A stretch of DNA of 54,270 nt, the filler included, from Basidioascus undulatus (lineage: Eukaryota), in NCBI GenBank assembly GCA_000826855.1. It is 3 parts of 3 records of this genome, joined end to end, with 100 filler letters (N's around TTAATTAATTAA, not from the genome) between each part and the next. Parts side by side here need not be neighbours in the genome. Positions count along the whole stretch, not along the records: positions 18,137 to 36,170 come from JTLS01000494.1; positions 36,271 to 54,270 come from JTLS01000495.1; 1 more part is not named here. The stretch is one strand, 5' to 3'. A program made the position numbers and the translations under genes. The notes under the pieces are model-generated. The model saw nothing but the letters and a program-made list of their open reading frames with translations. It was not told the origin of the DNA and made no database searches. Shown in pieces: positions 23,078 to 36,336 of this stretch. Every line of letters starts with the position of its first letter. The stretch's first letter is position 1.

Positions 23078-25131
23078 TGGGCCGTTCGCCTTGAGTTTTT
23101 TGGGGAGAAAGCATAGGCTCTGAAACGAACCACTCCCCGGGTGTGAGCACTGTAGAGAATGTGACGGACATGAAGCGCATTTGGCGATTTTCGTTGCGAC
23201 GTCCAATGCAGGAAATCCTAGATTACCTTGTGCCATTCACGACATACGGGTAGAAGCACGCTTAAAGTATTATAACCTTTTCCGTTCATATAGAAGTGTG
23301 GTACTTAATCTGTATGTTCCAGGGAGCTCACATAGTTGCTTTGACGAGCTTGAAACAATCCATTGAGGCAGACAGCACAGAAGTTTTGTACAGTTCCGAC
23401 CAAGGATCAAAGAAACCCACGGGAGAACAAAAAGAAAAGTCCTAAAAGAATAAAAACGGGATAGTAAAATAAGAAGGCGCGGAACGGGTCATAGGCCGGC
23501 TGGTGGGTGAGCGAGATGAAAGCGAGAGCATGGGCGCATGGGATAGGATGCGCCGCCTCCTGTCCATTTGACCCCAACTTGAGCATTCGAGCTATATCCA
23601 CCTCTGGAGAGGAAGAGGCTACTCACCTCAAATCTCATACTCCACAGTTTTCCAAAACGGCCAGCATTGCCTCCGACTCCCCCTGCGCCTCGTGGACGCT
23701 GCGGAGGCGCTCCACCATCTCCAGCAGCTCCTCCTCCATCTCCACGAAAATCACTCTGCATCTCGCAGCTCGTGGAGGCCGGGCGAGCCTCGGCGAGCCA
23801 GCGTACGGCCCTACTCAGCTTCCGCAACCCCCACCCTCGACACCCTCCGCCTCGGTCTCGTCCACGCGGCGCCAGTTCCACGCGAGCATGTCCCAGATGT
23901 GCGCCCCCGTCGCTCTCAATCTCCATAGTCGAGACGATGTGCGGCATTTGAAAGCGCGGACCTCAGCCGGACTGAGCGGCACGGCCACGTCCACCTTGTG
24001 CGCCTCGAGCGACGTGGGCGGTGGCTTGACGTCGGGGGTCGTCGGGCGGTTCGTGTACGGGGTGTGGTGCGTGTTGGGAATTTAATGGGTGGGTGGAGGG
24101 ACTGAATGCTTTTGGGCGCCGATAGACGGTGGCTTGAGCGCAAGGTGGTGAGAGAGAGAAAGCCAGTCTGCAAACTGACCGGGTTGCGCGGTGCCTGCTC
24201 ATCAGGGTCAGGTACAGCTCTTCCCCCTAGCCTAGACGTCGGTACTCATACTTCTCCTGACTAGATATCCTACCTGATTCTTATACTTCTGTGCATTCTA
24301 AGAACTCCTTCCACAGCGATGCGGAGTACGACAAGAGTGCGAAGCAGCAAGGACACCGCCCACGCTGTCGTATTCGGATAGCATTATGGAATGCAATAGT
24401 CTCCTCAATATTATTTCATCATGACATATTCATGGTGAAGAACATCCTCGTTGACGGTCAAGGAAGGAAATCAACCGGAAGGTAGTTCGAAGCATGGCCT
24501 GCTGGACATAACACCTCGCCCTCTTAAACCAGAGGAGGGCAGTTTAATGCTTTCAGCAAGTCCTCTGGTCGTAAGTTAAAGTTTGAAAGTGGTGTAACCC
24601 TCTCAAGCACTCTCCCCCACACAAGTAAAATTTTGTGCACCTTCAGTGTTGCGGCGCTTCACAAACCGAACTACCTCTGTCCATCCATGCCGCCGGCACT
24701 TGCCATATCGCCCTCAACATGGTTTCACAGTTTCCGTTGCAGACAGTAAATACTGAGTGAGCAACTCGAACTGCCGCTTGTACTTGCTTGCCAAGTGACT
24801 CGTGTGGGGGACGTCTGAGGCGATTTCTCCATTCCACCCAATCAGCGTCAGAAGCACAGGTTGGATAGATCACCCTACGGTGATCCTTGCTTGGGAAAAC
24901 ACAAGATATAGTATTATTGTGCTTTCTTCGGCTGCCGAGGAGATTGTCGGAGCCCGGCGAGCGTGGGTGTCTGATTGGAGCACTGTGAGCGTGGACTGAT
25001 ATGACAGCATCGTGCAACGTGCAGCCCGTCGTGCAGCCGGTATGAGACCCATTTAAGGTGCTTCTTTCCTCCTGCCTTGGTCGTCGTCTGTCTGATCGAA
25101 ACCACCTCTCTCTCTCATTCCTCTTCCAGGC

Positions 25132-26583
25132 ATGCACTCAAGCGCACTCCTTGCTGCCTGCCTCGCCGCAGCCGCCTCGGCCAGTCCCCTCGCCGCCTCC
25201 CGTCGGCAAGCAGTCGAGCCTCTTACCCACACCAACTCCTCTCTACCCAATGTCGCTATATTTGCTACGGGGGGGACCATCGCCGGATCGAGCTCGTCAG
25301 CGACCGACACGACCAACTACTCCGCCGGCGCGGTCGGCGTGCAGGCTCTCATCGATGCCGTCCCCCAACTCGCAAACGTCTCAAACGTTTCCGGAGAGCA
25401 GATCGCCAACACTGGGAGCGAGAATGTCAACTCCACTATTCTCCTCAAGCTTTCCCATTCCGCCAACACCCTCCTCTGCGCGGACAACTCGACCACCGAT
25501 GGCCTTGTGATCACTCACGGTGCGTATGGGTCTCATCGACGAGCGGTCCTGACTATTTTCGTTACATGCGCTGACATAAATATGTATGTTGTAGGTACCG
25601 ACACACTCGAAGAGACCGCGTTCTTCCTCGACCTAACGGTAAACTGCCACAAGCCTGTCGTCGTCGTTGGAGCCATGCGACCCTCGACTGCAATTTCTGC
25701 TGTGAGTTACGCTTCCATCTCGCAGAAACTGACTTGATGGCCTTTTCAGGCTGACACTGACTCTTTCTCTACTTAAACTCAGGACGGACCCGCAAATCTG
25801 CTCGAGGCCGTCACTCTTGCGGCTAGCTCGTCGGCGCAGGACCGTGGCGCGATGGTCGTGCTCAACGACCGTATCGGCTCAGCCTTTTACACGCAAAAGA
25901 CGAATGGAAACACTTTGGACACCTTCAAAGCTGTAGAGCAGGGCTAGTGGGTCTTGTTCACGCTCTTCAACCGTGACAGGTTACTGACACCTCGCGCGTA
26001 CAGCCTCGGTGGTTTCCTGTCAACCAAGCCTTTCTTCTATTACCCTCCCGCTCGCCCAACTTTCAAACGGGATTTCGACCTTTCTAACATTACCGATCTT
26101 CCTAAGGCGAGTGATTTAACGAATCTGCACTGAAACAAGCTGACTGTGCACTCGTGATATTATTTCTGTCGCAGGTGGACGTCCTTTACGGCTCGCAAGA
26201 CTTCGATGGCAAGCTCGTTGCTGCATCCGTCGCAAACGGTGCGAAGGGTGTCATCGTCGCCGGAACCGGCGCAGGCAGTTTGAGTACCTCCGCCGAACCC
26301 TACGTGGAGGCTGCTCTCGAGGCGGGCGTACCGGTCGTCCTTGCGGCCAAGCCCGCCAACGGCGCCTCACCGCCTGGGGACACTTCGTACATCAAGTCGG
26401 GATACATTAACCCAGTAAAATCCCGGTAAAAATACACAATCGTCTTTGTGTTGAAACACGGATGCTAACAGAGCCTTCCGTTCCCGTAGTTTGCAACTGC
26501 AGCTCGCGCTTGCAACGGGCCTCACGTTTGACGAGATCCGCAGCCTGTTTGAGGGTGACTTGAGGGAATCTATGGGTCTCTAG
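25132..26583 (+). CDS. Secreted type II-like L-asparaginase
   Basis: Signal peptide [19 protein letters not shown], then [58 protein letters not shown]...KTN, PKVDVLY, AGTGAGS. TAG at 26581-26583. Confidence 0.96.
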
Positions 26584-29499
26584 GTCACTGCATTTTTGGA
26601 ATGCATGTATGAAGCTCTAACATAGGGCACAAGTTAAATGTGCTTGGCACTCTGTGTTGCCACTCGTTATATCAGGCCTGCTGACTTTGACAGAAAGGGG
26701 TTCGAGAAATGCGTGCAAGAACGGGACGACGAGCAAGGACGCGCAAATGAAGAGTATGAGAAATGAGGCTAATAAGATTGCGCTGTGCAGTCTGCAGATC
26801 GTTCCCCATGATGATGCTGTGGACGTAGCGCCCAAGACGGTCGATGAAGTGGTCACTGAGAGCGGTGATCGAGGCTTCCTTCGAAAAGTACAGGGTGCGT
26901 AAGAGGAAGGGCGAATGAAGGGGCAGTGCGAACCTCCCATCTCCTGCAGACAAGGGGGATCGACTTGAGCGGCCCACTGGCTGGTCCGAGCTGCCGTGTA
27001 GGATCGAGAAGATGTGACTCAGTGTCTGTCAGGCAGAAGGCAGGTCATTCTGGTCGGGGTGCGTTAGGTGAGCGGGCTTTGAAGCGGTCCGATCAGTGAG
27101 ATCAATGGTGGGGGGGAATGGTAAGAGGGCAAGCGGAGGTGCGCGGCGCCGACGGTGTCATCCTGCGAGTTGCAAGAAGCCACATGCGTGGTTTACCATC
27201 GGCTTTCCGCTATAGTTCGGGTCGGCCTCTGGACTAGAAAGAATCTACTTGGCGTACATCGCATTCGTCTCAATAAGTGATAGTCGGTGTGGATCGCCCG
27301 TCAGCAGCTGAGGACACACCTACAAGCGAAACGCATTTCATGAAGGATGCGAGGTCAAGGCCAAACAGCGATGGGGTGGGCTATCGAGCGCTCCTTGAAG
27401 TTCAATAGGGCAGGCGGAAAGAAACGTGAGAGCGCCCGCGAGACACATGGGAAGGCTCTGTGGGTAACCTCCTCCACTACCTCCTTCTCATCCCTGAGCG
27501 GGCACTCATTCCAGCCAGACACTTGGGTGAGTGCCCAAAATTAACTACTGTAACGGGACTACCATTGAGAAAGCTGGGGGAACTTAGCTTCATGTTGCTA
27601 GTTTCGTTGGAACTGTTCTCAAAAACTTGGGCGGCACATCGTTCCAGGTGAATATACTCATGGCCAAGAACACATCAAATTTTTCAGATATCGAGAGAAG
27701 AGCCTCTTTGGCAAGTACTTCTTCAACCAACGGATGGTTCACAAACTCCTCGCTCTCTTGCCAATCGAGGCTCACAGCGTCCTCATCAGTATCACCACCA
27801 TTGTAGCATGTCCGCCAATGCCTCACCGCTTTGACCTCCCTATTTCCTTCCTCCTGAGGCTGCTAAAATGATCCCCTTCAGACTATCAATCCTCCCCACA
27901 CTTGGGAGTCCACCCTCTAAACTTCGCAGCCGAGTACTCCTCTTCTGAAGCATCTGCTGCCTCAAGCCTGCACCCCTCAAGTGGCCACTCCCCCCTTGGT
28001 TTCAATCAGAAGCTTCCGCTCAACTGGAAGTGAGTGCTCAAGGGTAGCCCATGAAAAGTGACCATGTTTCAGAAGTGAGACAGGGTGGAAAATCGGCTTG
28101 GGCCAGAGGGAAGTTTTCGGATTTGTGGTGGGCATCCGGCGGCCGAAATGTCACACAATTTCGTTCTATCCCTTGAATGATGCACACCCAGATTGTGTTC
28201 CAACTTAGTACTACCTAGCACATTGTAGGTTGGCATTTCCCTCGGCCCCCGCAATTTTCCTTGGTGGAATTCTAGAATGATGCGCAGAATTTTTCCCGAT
28301 TTAGCACTACGTAGTTCAACTAGGCTCACCTTCCGCTCGGCGCCCCGAATTTCTGAGCGTACGTACTGGAATGATGAGAATCCTATGAATCGCATGCAAG
28401 TGATTCGATCTGATTCAATCTGACCGTTTCTGAACTCAGTCCCTTTGTCTTCAACGATCGATGTGGGCTATGAAGCCAATTTTGCACCTAATTCCTGCTG
28501 GAAACTTCAACTTTTTGCGTTCATTTATTGATAATCACGCCATTCATACATGTGCTTACCTCGTATGGGTGGAAGCAGCCTACCTCGAACCCATCCCTAT
28601 CCCTACCTGCACTCCAAGTGCATCGTCATCCGCATCCATCCCAGTCATGAGTCCATTGCTTGGTGCACACATTGCTACTTATTTTTGCTTTAGGGTACAC
28701 TTGTGAAATCCATGCATAGCCTGCTATCACATGTCACGGTGAGCTTGGTTCTGCAATCCTTGATTTGACTGGTTCTGAGTGATTGTTTCTGCAGCCACCC
28801 CATCTTTGCATCACCGACTGACAGTCTTCTTATTGTGTCTGTCCAGTCAGTCAGGGGACATGGTTGAGGTGCGTTTTCTTTCCTCCATTTGATTGAGTGT
28901 GTACTGATACACTTAATTCATCTTTACAGGATCATCCTGCCTCGTGCAAAGAGCTGAGCTCATAGCCAAGATTATTAGCCAAATTTAAAGCCATAAACAA
29001 ACCATACATACGCACTTTCCAAACAATTCCTGGTTTTCCTACCAGCCGTCGAAGTAGTTTTCAATCACTTCAAGCTGTTCTATCACAAGCTCATTGCCTC
29101 GATCAATGACTAGGTGATATTGACAACGGCAGTTCGACTCGCACTGGACAAGTGTTGACCCCTTGGCTCCATAGCGCTTTTCCTCCCTGAGGAGCAGAGC
29201 AATATGACCGAGATCTCTGCATAACAACGTTCATACATAGGGCTTCAATGTTTCATAGGCCTAGAGAGGCTTCTTCCTATTAGCGAAGCGAGCTACAATA
29301 GCAAAATTTCTGCAGTTCTAATTCCTGGAAGGCATCCCCGTGAGAAAGTCCGCTTTGAATCAGACAGGTAGCTTCACAAATTAGACGGGCTATTACTTGC
29401 CTTGCAGCGAGCAGACATGTCCAAGAGCAGGGAAACGTGAGGTCTCAGAGCTAAGGAGGTGTCAAACTCTATTGGAAAAGTCGCGCTTCCGCGAGTACA

Positions 29500-32400
29500 C
29501 CGCCGATCCTTTGGGGTACCGCGGGGGCACCGGAAGGGTGTCCTGAAGCCGCCTTGCTGTGGCGGAGACAAGTGCATCCTGAAGGCACCTTTAGGGGTAC
29601 CCCGGCATGTCCGGTCACAAATGCGCCTTTTGGGCACCCTGCCTGCGGTGCCTGGCTGGCACGCTAATGTGGTGGCGCCCATACATGTCATTGCATTTGA
29701 CGGCGCTGTGCTGATGTGCCTTTGAAGTACCACTATCCCACCCAAAATCCACCGTGGTAGTTCTCGTGAATGATGAGCCAAGGTGTATTTTGGGCATTTC
29801 TGGGGCATTATCAAGGCGGTTGTGCTGCAGCTGGAGCATGCTTTTAGGGCCTTTCCAAGTCACTTTCTGGATGTCCATGCGGTGCAAGCGAGGTTACGCA
29901 GAAGTGTTTCTGAGACAACATTTGGGATTACAGCTTGCCAGAAAATTCAGTCGAAAAACAAGCATGTCCATTATTCAATCCTTATAGCACAAATTTAGAA
30001 GGAGGAACGAAGCGTAAGATGTTCAAAGATCATCTGCGGGGTTGGCTTGACGGTGTGGAATGACATAATCAGTTGTAAGTTTTCTGTGAAGCAAGTTTTT
30101 AGACAATAGACTGGTTAAAGATTTATTGGAGAGAGTGATCGTACTTGTAAACTGCCACCAGGGAACCTAGCTCCTTGCACATGTTTGAGACAGCGGCAGC
30201 GTAAGCGTGGAAGGCAGCCTTGGACTCCGGGTGCGTATCAAATTGATGAAGCTGTTGGGTGAGGATGGTAAGCCACTGCAAAGGCGGTGAGGTCCGCCCT
30301 GCGCACTTACCAATAAGGCCATCTTAGCATAGTGGGGGGAAGCAACAATGCTGCCCTGCCCATCTGTGGCCACGATTGTTGCGCAGGAAGAGCTTGGTCA
30401 CGAGCCACTCCAGCAAGTGCTGGCAATTTGGAAGGTCGGTGCGGCAGATCTTGATCTGCAGGCAAAGTAATGAGGGTCAGGACCCAAACATGCGTAAGGC
30501 TGTGGTACGAGATGAAAAATGACACACGCGGTCACGATCTTGTCACGACAGTGGTTGAGCGACTCATTGATGCACTTGGAGACCCGGCCCCTCTCGGTTG
30601 TGGAGAGATTGGAAGGGATGGGACGCCCATGCAGGACATAGTTTGCCTGCTGCATGAATGGGGGTAAAATATCTGTAAATATGAGGTCTTGGCGCAAGCT
30701 ATCAGTGGGAAGAGACGCACCCGAATAGTGGGCTTGACATGGTCATTCTGGTAGAAGTCAAACGACGAGGCCTTGAGGACAAAGGCCCAGCAGGCGGCGG
30801 TGATCTGAGGCTGCTTGTGGTCAAGCAGCTATAAAGATTAGCTGGGTTATTTGGTGCGTATCCTTGAAACTTGGTAGAGTTCCAGTAGAGGTCGAAACCT
30901 ATGCACGCAGCAGTTTTAAGTCAATTTGATGGGCAACCTGCAGTTCTACATCAGGAAAGGCTAGTCGTACTACAGCGTAATGTTTACCATATATTATAGT
31001 CTTAAGCAGGTGGTCTGGCATGAAACTCTGCGGAGCTTGTGTACAAGGTGAAAATTGTGCGCGCCACATTTCCCTGCCGATCTGAACGGCGAGCTGGGGT
31101 TACATCGGGTTGCGAGATAGTGCTTTTGTGGGCATGCAATGCACTCCATTGAGATATGTACAAACGGGTCAATCTCCCCCAATATTTGTAGTCTTCAAGA
31201 AGGAAGATGCAAAGAGTCCTGAGAGGGTGTTATAGCTGATTGCATGGTTGCAATGCAATTGTACCAAGGTGTGAAGCTGCATCCTGTACGCCGCCGGGAG
31301 AAACTGTGGCAATTGAACACTAAAACTCAATTTCAATCCAATTGCATGTCCACATCACCCCCAGCTGCTGCAGCTTGTCGTTCAGCGGCTCGCTCCTGCT
31401 TCTCCGCCGCCCGCCACCACGCTGTTGCACTGTCCAACTCCGCCCAGCGTGCCATGGCCTTCTCATACAGATGATCGAGCAAAAAGAGGTGAGGAGTTTG
31501 GGGTAAGAGGTCGCAAAGCAATGAAGAGTGGAGGGTGGCTGTGTTGACGATGAAGGAGACAGTCGTCGCGATGGCGCAGAGGGAATGATATTCCTGGTGT
31601 TCTCCCGTTCTTGCCGATTACGCAGGTACCGTGAATGGTACAGCATGCTGACCACAGTGATGCTGGATGCTGATTACCGCCAGGAGATCCTGACAAGATG
31701 ATACGAGGCTTCTTGTACTGGTCGTCATGGCCGTCGCACTCGAACGTTCTGGTTTAAATTCACAGAGAGGTGTAAGTGCTGGAACCCCTCTCCGGCAGAG
31801 GAGCGAACGATGTACCAGTAGCGCTCGACGGCAGGAGCGACACTCTGGACAACTGCAACTCAGTCACTCTCCAAAGTTCGCATTCACCCTTCCAACAGTA
31901 CACATCAGCCCCACTCTGAGTATTCAGTTTGAACGACTCACAGAATGGGTGTGCACAACGATGCAAGAGCCGACCCGTGCCTTCTCGCCAGCCTTCGTCA
32001 CGACTGAGTCGATGCGCTTATTGCCCTTGTCTCCGAGTCGAATGGTGACAGAGCCTATTTAGAAATAAAAATTAGTATAGGCATAAATGTTTTTGATTTG
32101 AGGAAGCTTGCCGGGTTTGGGTCGGTGCACATCTAGGCGCCCCATCATTTGCACAACTGCAGGATAACGCCTGAAGGTAGAAACAGTCATGTTCAGTGAT
32201 GAATGAGCCGAAAGATGAAGAGACTTGACTCACCTCAGCGCTGGCCCCAATCCAAGCTCCGTCAACTTCCCAGACTCCTACACGGAGTACATGCCGAAGA
32301 CGGTTGCGGTCTGCGAAGGACTGCACGATGTCTCGGCTCAGAGACTGATGGTTTGAGCCGACAAACTCATCCCAGAACTCCCTATTCTTGGATTGGAACT

Positions 32401-34600
32401 TCTCGGTGAGAGCCAGGCGGGCTCAGTCCCGGCGCATGTCGTCGGGGAGGTGGAGGACAATGTGGAACTTGCGCTTGCGCAGCCACGCAACGTCTTTGAG
32501 AACTGCAGCCTGCAAAAATTCCGCAATCGCGCCCTCGAGTCCGGATTCCAACAATCGAGAAAATTCCTATCAGTACACACTTATATACGCGGGCGAAGAG
32601 CAGTGAACGTTACCAGTTAGACAGCCATGTCTGGAACGGTGGGCTGGAACACGTATGCCGCCAACCGCTCGAGTGTCGTCCACATCCGGCGCTCGCGATC
32701 CGTAGCGTAGGGAAGGATGGGCGAACTGCCCAAGCTGTAGGAGGACTCAGAAGTCATGACTGACAAGGCAACCGGTGTATCAGCCAGCCTGGCACCTCAG
32801 AGCGGCGCCATGTCGAGACCTTTGATGTTCAGCGACAATAGGACAGCTGCTATGCGTGCTTTGATCTTCTCCTTCGCCTGTGCGGAGGCTCGATCCGACA
32901 TCTCGCCCACGATGTGGTACCACAGGTACTGACAAACCCAAGAAGGATGACATGCAGAAGCTCGACCGGCATGTTGCGGTGGGCATCGAAACCGTGGCCT
33001 GTTGACAGAACGATAGGCAAGATGTCAGTGTGATCTAGTGTCATTTCAAATAACATACTTAGCAGCCGGAAGAATTTGTTCATCATATGTGGGTCACATG
33101 TCCATCGACACGACCCGCCCTTGCTCGGGGGGCAAGCGGAGTCTCCTGTAGACCGCGATATGACGGCTACGCAGGATCAGATGTCATTCCTGTAATATTG
33201 TGGAGGCATAATAAACCTCAAGCTTACATTTTGCTCGTGTCATTAAGTAAGAAACGCATCGCCAGGGAGTCCTTCACACCCGTTGCCGACAGGGTCCAGT
33301 CCGTCGCCGCCTCGGTCGAAGGCTTCCCGCTCGCACCACTCCCCAGGGTGTCCTTAAACAATCCATGGACGATCTCATTGCTCAGTTATTAGATTCTAAT
33401 ACCTGCAAGCTCATCAGTGGTGACCTGAGCTGGCTGAGCACCACTGTTTCAGCACGTATTTCACCGCAAACACACCATTTGCACGTACTGCCCACAGTCT
33501 TTCTTTCTCCCACTCACTAGCCTTGGGGCCCCCAACTGGAAATACGCAAGAATAGTCCGCGGCCATTCCAGCACATGAGGAGAACTGGGCCTGCATTGGA
33601 TTGTCCCCAAGGCCGGTGAGGATTGCTGGGACACCGAGCATGCTTACACCCTCCTGAGCATCCCAAGACGCTACTCCATCACGGGCGGCCTCCCTATTTT
33701 CCCAAAGAGTCAAATTCAGTAGGAATTATGGACAACCAAAGCAAGGGGAAAGCTTACTCGACCTCCGTAACAATTCCATGTAGCATCTCCGTTGCGGCCG
33801 CGACGTTCGAAGTAGCAACAAAGTGGACGTTGTAGCTCTTGCCGGCCTTGGACTCCAACGGCAACATCGACTCCAAAGAGGCTTTACTACCGTCGTTGAT
33901 GTCTCCCACATTCCGCTCGAAGCCGTACTGCGCAAAAATATCGGTCGATCTAGGACTGCAGCGATGTAATGAGTCGAACGAGAGTCGGAACGTGGTTGCG
34001 TGAGCGGGTAATGGTACGCCTTTGAAGACGAAGACATGCGAGTCGCCGGAGCAAAATGTAATGATGGACGTCAATGCGGCGCCACTAGGTACGTCCCAAG
34101 TACCGTAGACCGGCACTGCAAGTTTCGGCCTTTCTGCACCCTCAACGCCCCCCTCCCCCTTGAACGCCCGGAGCGGCCGACCTGCTGGCGTAGATAGCGC
34201 AGTGTAGACGAGCGAGAGAGACAAGGACGGCGGTTGGGTCTCCGGAAAGGGCTCGAGGCACAGGACTGCAGGCGGTCGAGAAGACACCTGGTCAACTGAG
34301 CGCGAGAGCATCCCCAAGAGAAATGAGATGCCGCTCGTGATCGACTGAGCGTGGCTAAGGAGATCTGTTCGATATCCCTGAGAGGGCGAATGGACAGAGA
34401 TGAGCGGGTGTTGGAAGGGTGTGGATGAGCGAGCAGCTAGCTGACGCGGCTTGATAGAGGAAGATGTGCAAGTCGGTCCATCGCGTGAAAGTAGTGTTAC
34501 GAAGAAGACCTGTAGGTCGGGGCCCCGCTCTGCTTCAGAACATGTCACCGCGGCGCCGTGGTCGAAACCTCAGTGTGACCTCCTCGAGTAAGGAGATGCA
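29500..34600 (-). mobile_element. Degenerate CACTA/EnSpm (CMC)-like DNA transposon; boundaries approximate
   Basis: Broken minus-strand motifs of the basidiomycete transposase family: YNVHFVATSNVAAATEMLHGIV (~33800), GVASWDA...LGDNPMQAQF (~33600), GFDAHRNMPVELLHVILLGFV (~32960), WTTLERLAAYVFQP (~32670), KFHIVLHLPDDMRR..ALTEKFQSKN...SNHQSLSRDIVQSFA (~32320-32470). Many stops and frameshifts. Further ORF debris at 30200-31700. Confidence 0.75.
29508..29679. repeat. Cluster of short GGYRCC / CCTTT(N)GGGYACC motifs
   Basis: GGYRCC at 29515, 29526, 29584, 29596, 29633, 29647 and 29674. Three copies extend to CCTTT(N)GGGYACC. Confidence 0.7.
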
Positions 34601-35283
34601 CCATCCAAGCCTGTGAGAATGCAGAGGCACTACTCCATATGCTCTGCGTGCGAGGGGTTCGCGGCACAGATTGAGGATCGCGTTTAAATGTGCGATCAAG
34701 AAGGCAACTTGACTGAATGAAAGCGGAAGCATTCCGAGAACGAGATGAGATGCCGCGAGCTCAGTCGAGCGAGCGTGGGTGCGAATCATTACTTGCTTGG
34801 GAATGGTAGCGATGGAGGGCTCGAACGCGGGAGCCGGTATTAAGAAGTAAGAGTCAGAATGCTCCGCGAGCGGTCCGGAGCTCAGGATCGAGGATCAAGT
34901 ATCCCGTTTCAGTGCGCGATCGAGATGACGCCCAAGTAGACGCGAGAGCGTCTTAAACAAAGGTGAGAGCCCGTGTGAGCGCGATTGAGCAGGCGTAGGT
35001 TCGAAGTCTCGCTCGATATAGGGCGCCAGCGATCGAATGAGTCGAGCAGGTGCCAGAAGGCGCGGATAAAGTGGTGCGGATTCGAGATGTCGTAGTGATA
35101 CAATGCAATGCTTACGTCGAGGATCTGCTTCTCCAAATGTGTTAGAATGTAGCCATGGAACGAGTCCCCGTCCGGCCCCAGCGCAAGCCCTCAAAAGAGA
35201 AGACGTACCATCCCCATCTCCGTCTCACTCCCCCCATCCCCCATCCCCATCCTTCTCCCTCCCTCTTCCCTCCACCCGACCCC

Positions 35284-35794
35284 TCATCTCCTCCTCCATC
35301 GCCCCTCCTCCGCCCATCTCTGCGCGCTCTCGGGCAGCCCGACATCCCGCACGCCCGGGTCCTCATACGTCTCGAGCATCCGCTCGCCGCGGCGGAGGAG
35401 GTACTCGATCGTGCTCACTACCACCTCCCGCTCACCATTTCAGCTTTCTTCTTGGGATGTTTGTGGAAGGCAGGCGGGAGGAGGAGGAGGTAGGAGGTAG
35501 GAGGCAGGAGTGAGGGAGATGGAAAGAAGGAGGGAACGCACCATCCCTAACCGGCACACCCCCGCCCAGCGCTGGATCCCGGAACTGATACCTTACGAAC
35601 CCGAGCCAGTGATCCCTCTTCTCCTGCTCCACCCCACCTTCCACCCAGTCAGCTCCTTCCCCCCTCCCCTTCGCTCCTCACCCTCTTGTATTTTGTTATC
35701 CAGGACGCACGGAAGGCTTGGACCGCACCATCCGCAATGCGCGACGGTACATCGCGAAGACGGAGCGCTGGAGGCCGGAGTGTTTGGGGGGCAT
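35284..35794 (-). CDS. SDH6: Succinate dehydrogenase assembly factor 1 (LYR-motif protein), 3 exons
   Basis: MPPKHSGLQRSVFAMYRRALRMVRSKPS | EKRDHWLGFVRYQFRDPALGGGVPVRD | VSTIEYLLRRGERMLETYEDPGVRDVGLPESAQRWAEEGRWRRR*. SGLQ..V...YR and IEYLLRRG are Sdh6/SDHAF1 hallmarks. Confidence 0.88.
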
Positions 35795-36170
35795 GGTGGG
35801 GGGTTATGGGGAGGAAGAGAGGGAAGGCGGGGTGTAGGGAGGGAGGTGAGGACGAGGTGAGGAGGATGGAGGGAGGAGGGAGGAGGTAAGAGAGAAGACG
35901 CGAGGAGGGGAGAGGGCAACCGGGCCGATGGGGGCCGATGAGGTCAGGGATGGGCTGGGACGTTTAAGTATGGAGACCTGGCTGATAGTAGTCTCAAGAG
36001 AAAATATAATGAGGGTGTCTTTGTTGTGATATAAAGGTTCTCAGTGGTGTAAAGAGCACTGTTTCTCGTCTGAGCGAGGCTGACAGACGAGCATTGCTGG
36101 TGGAGAGTGGCTCGCAAACTGTCAAGATCGAACTTGAAACCCGCACACAGTCACACTAGTACTGCCTGAG

Positions 36171-36270
36171 NNNNNNNNNNNNNNNNNNNNNNNNNNNNNN
36201 NNNNNNNNNNNNNNTTAATTAATTAANNNNNNNNNNNNNNNNNNNNNNNNNNNNNNNNNNNNNNNNNNNN
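36171..36270. other. Artificial contig spacer / assembly gap
   Basis: 44 N + TTAATTAATTAA + 44 N, identical in design to the spacer at 18037-18136. Confidence 0.99.
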
Positions 36271-36336
36271 CCTCTCACCTTCCCATCCCTCCCTCTCCTC
36301 CATCCCCCTCCCGCTCATCTCCCCTCCCTCACGCAG

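Noticed and set aside
23407..24202. Coding-like minus-strand segment (…VEMEEELLEMVERLRSVHEAQ…)
   Set aside because: In-frame stop near 23815 and no recognisable family. It may be a pseudogene, but no call is supportable.
29731..35097. CACTA (29731) and TAGTG (35093) as element termini
   Set aside because: Only about 14 of 23 bases match as a TIR, the flanking 3-mers differ (TAC vs ATA), and the motif array lies outside the proposed end.
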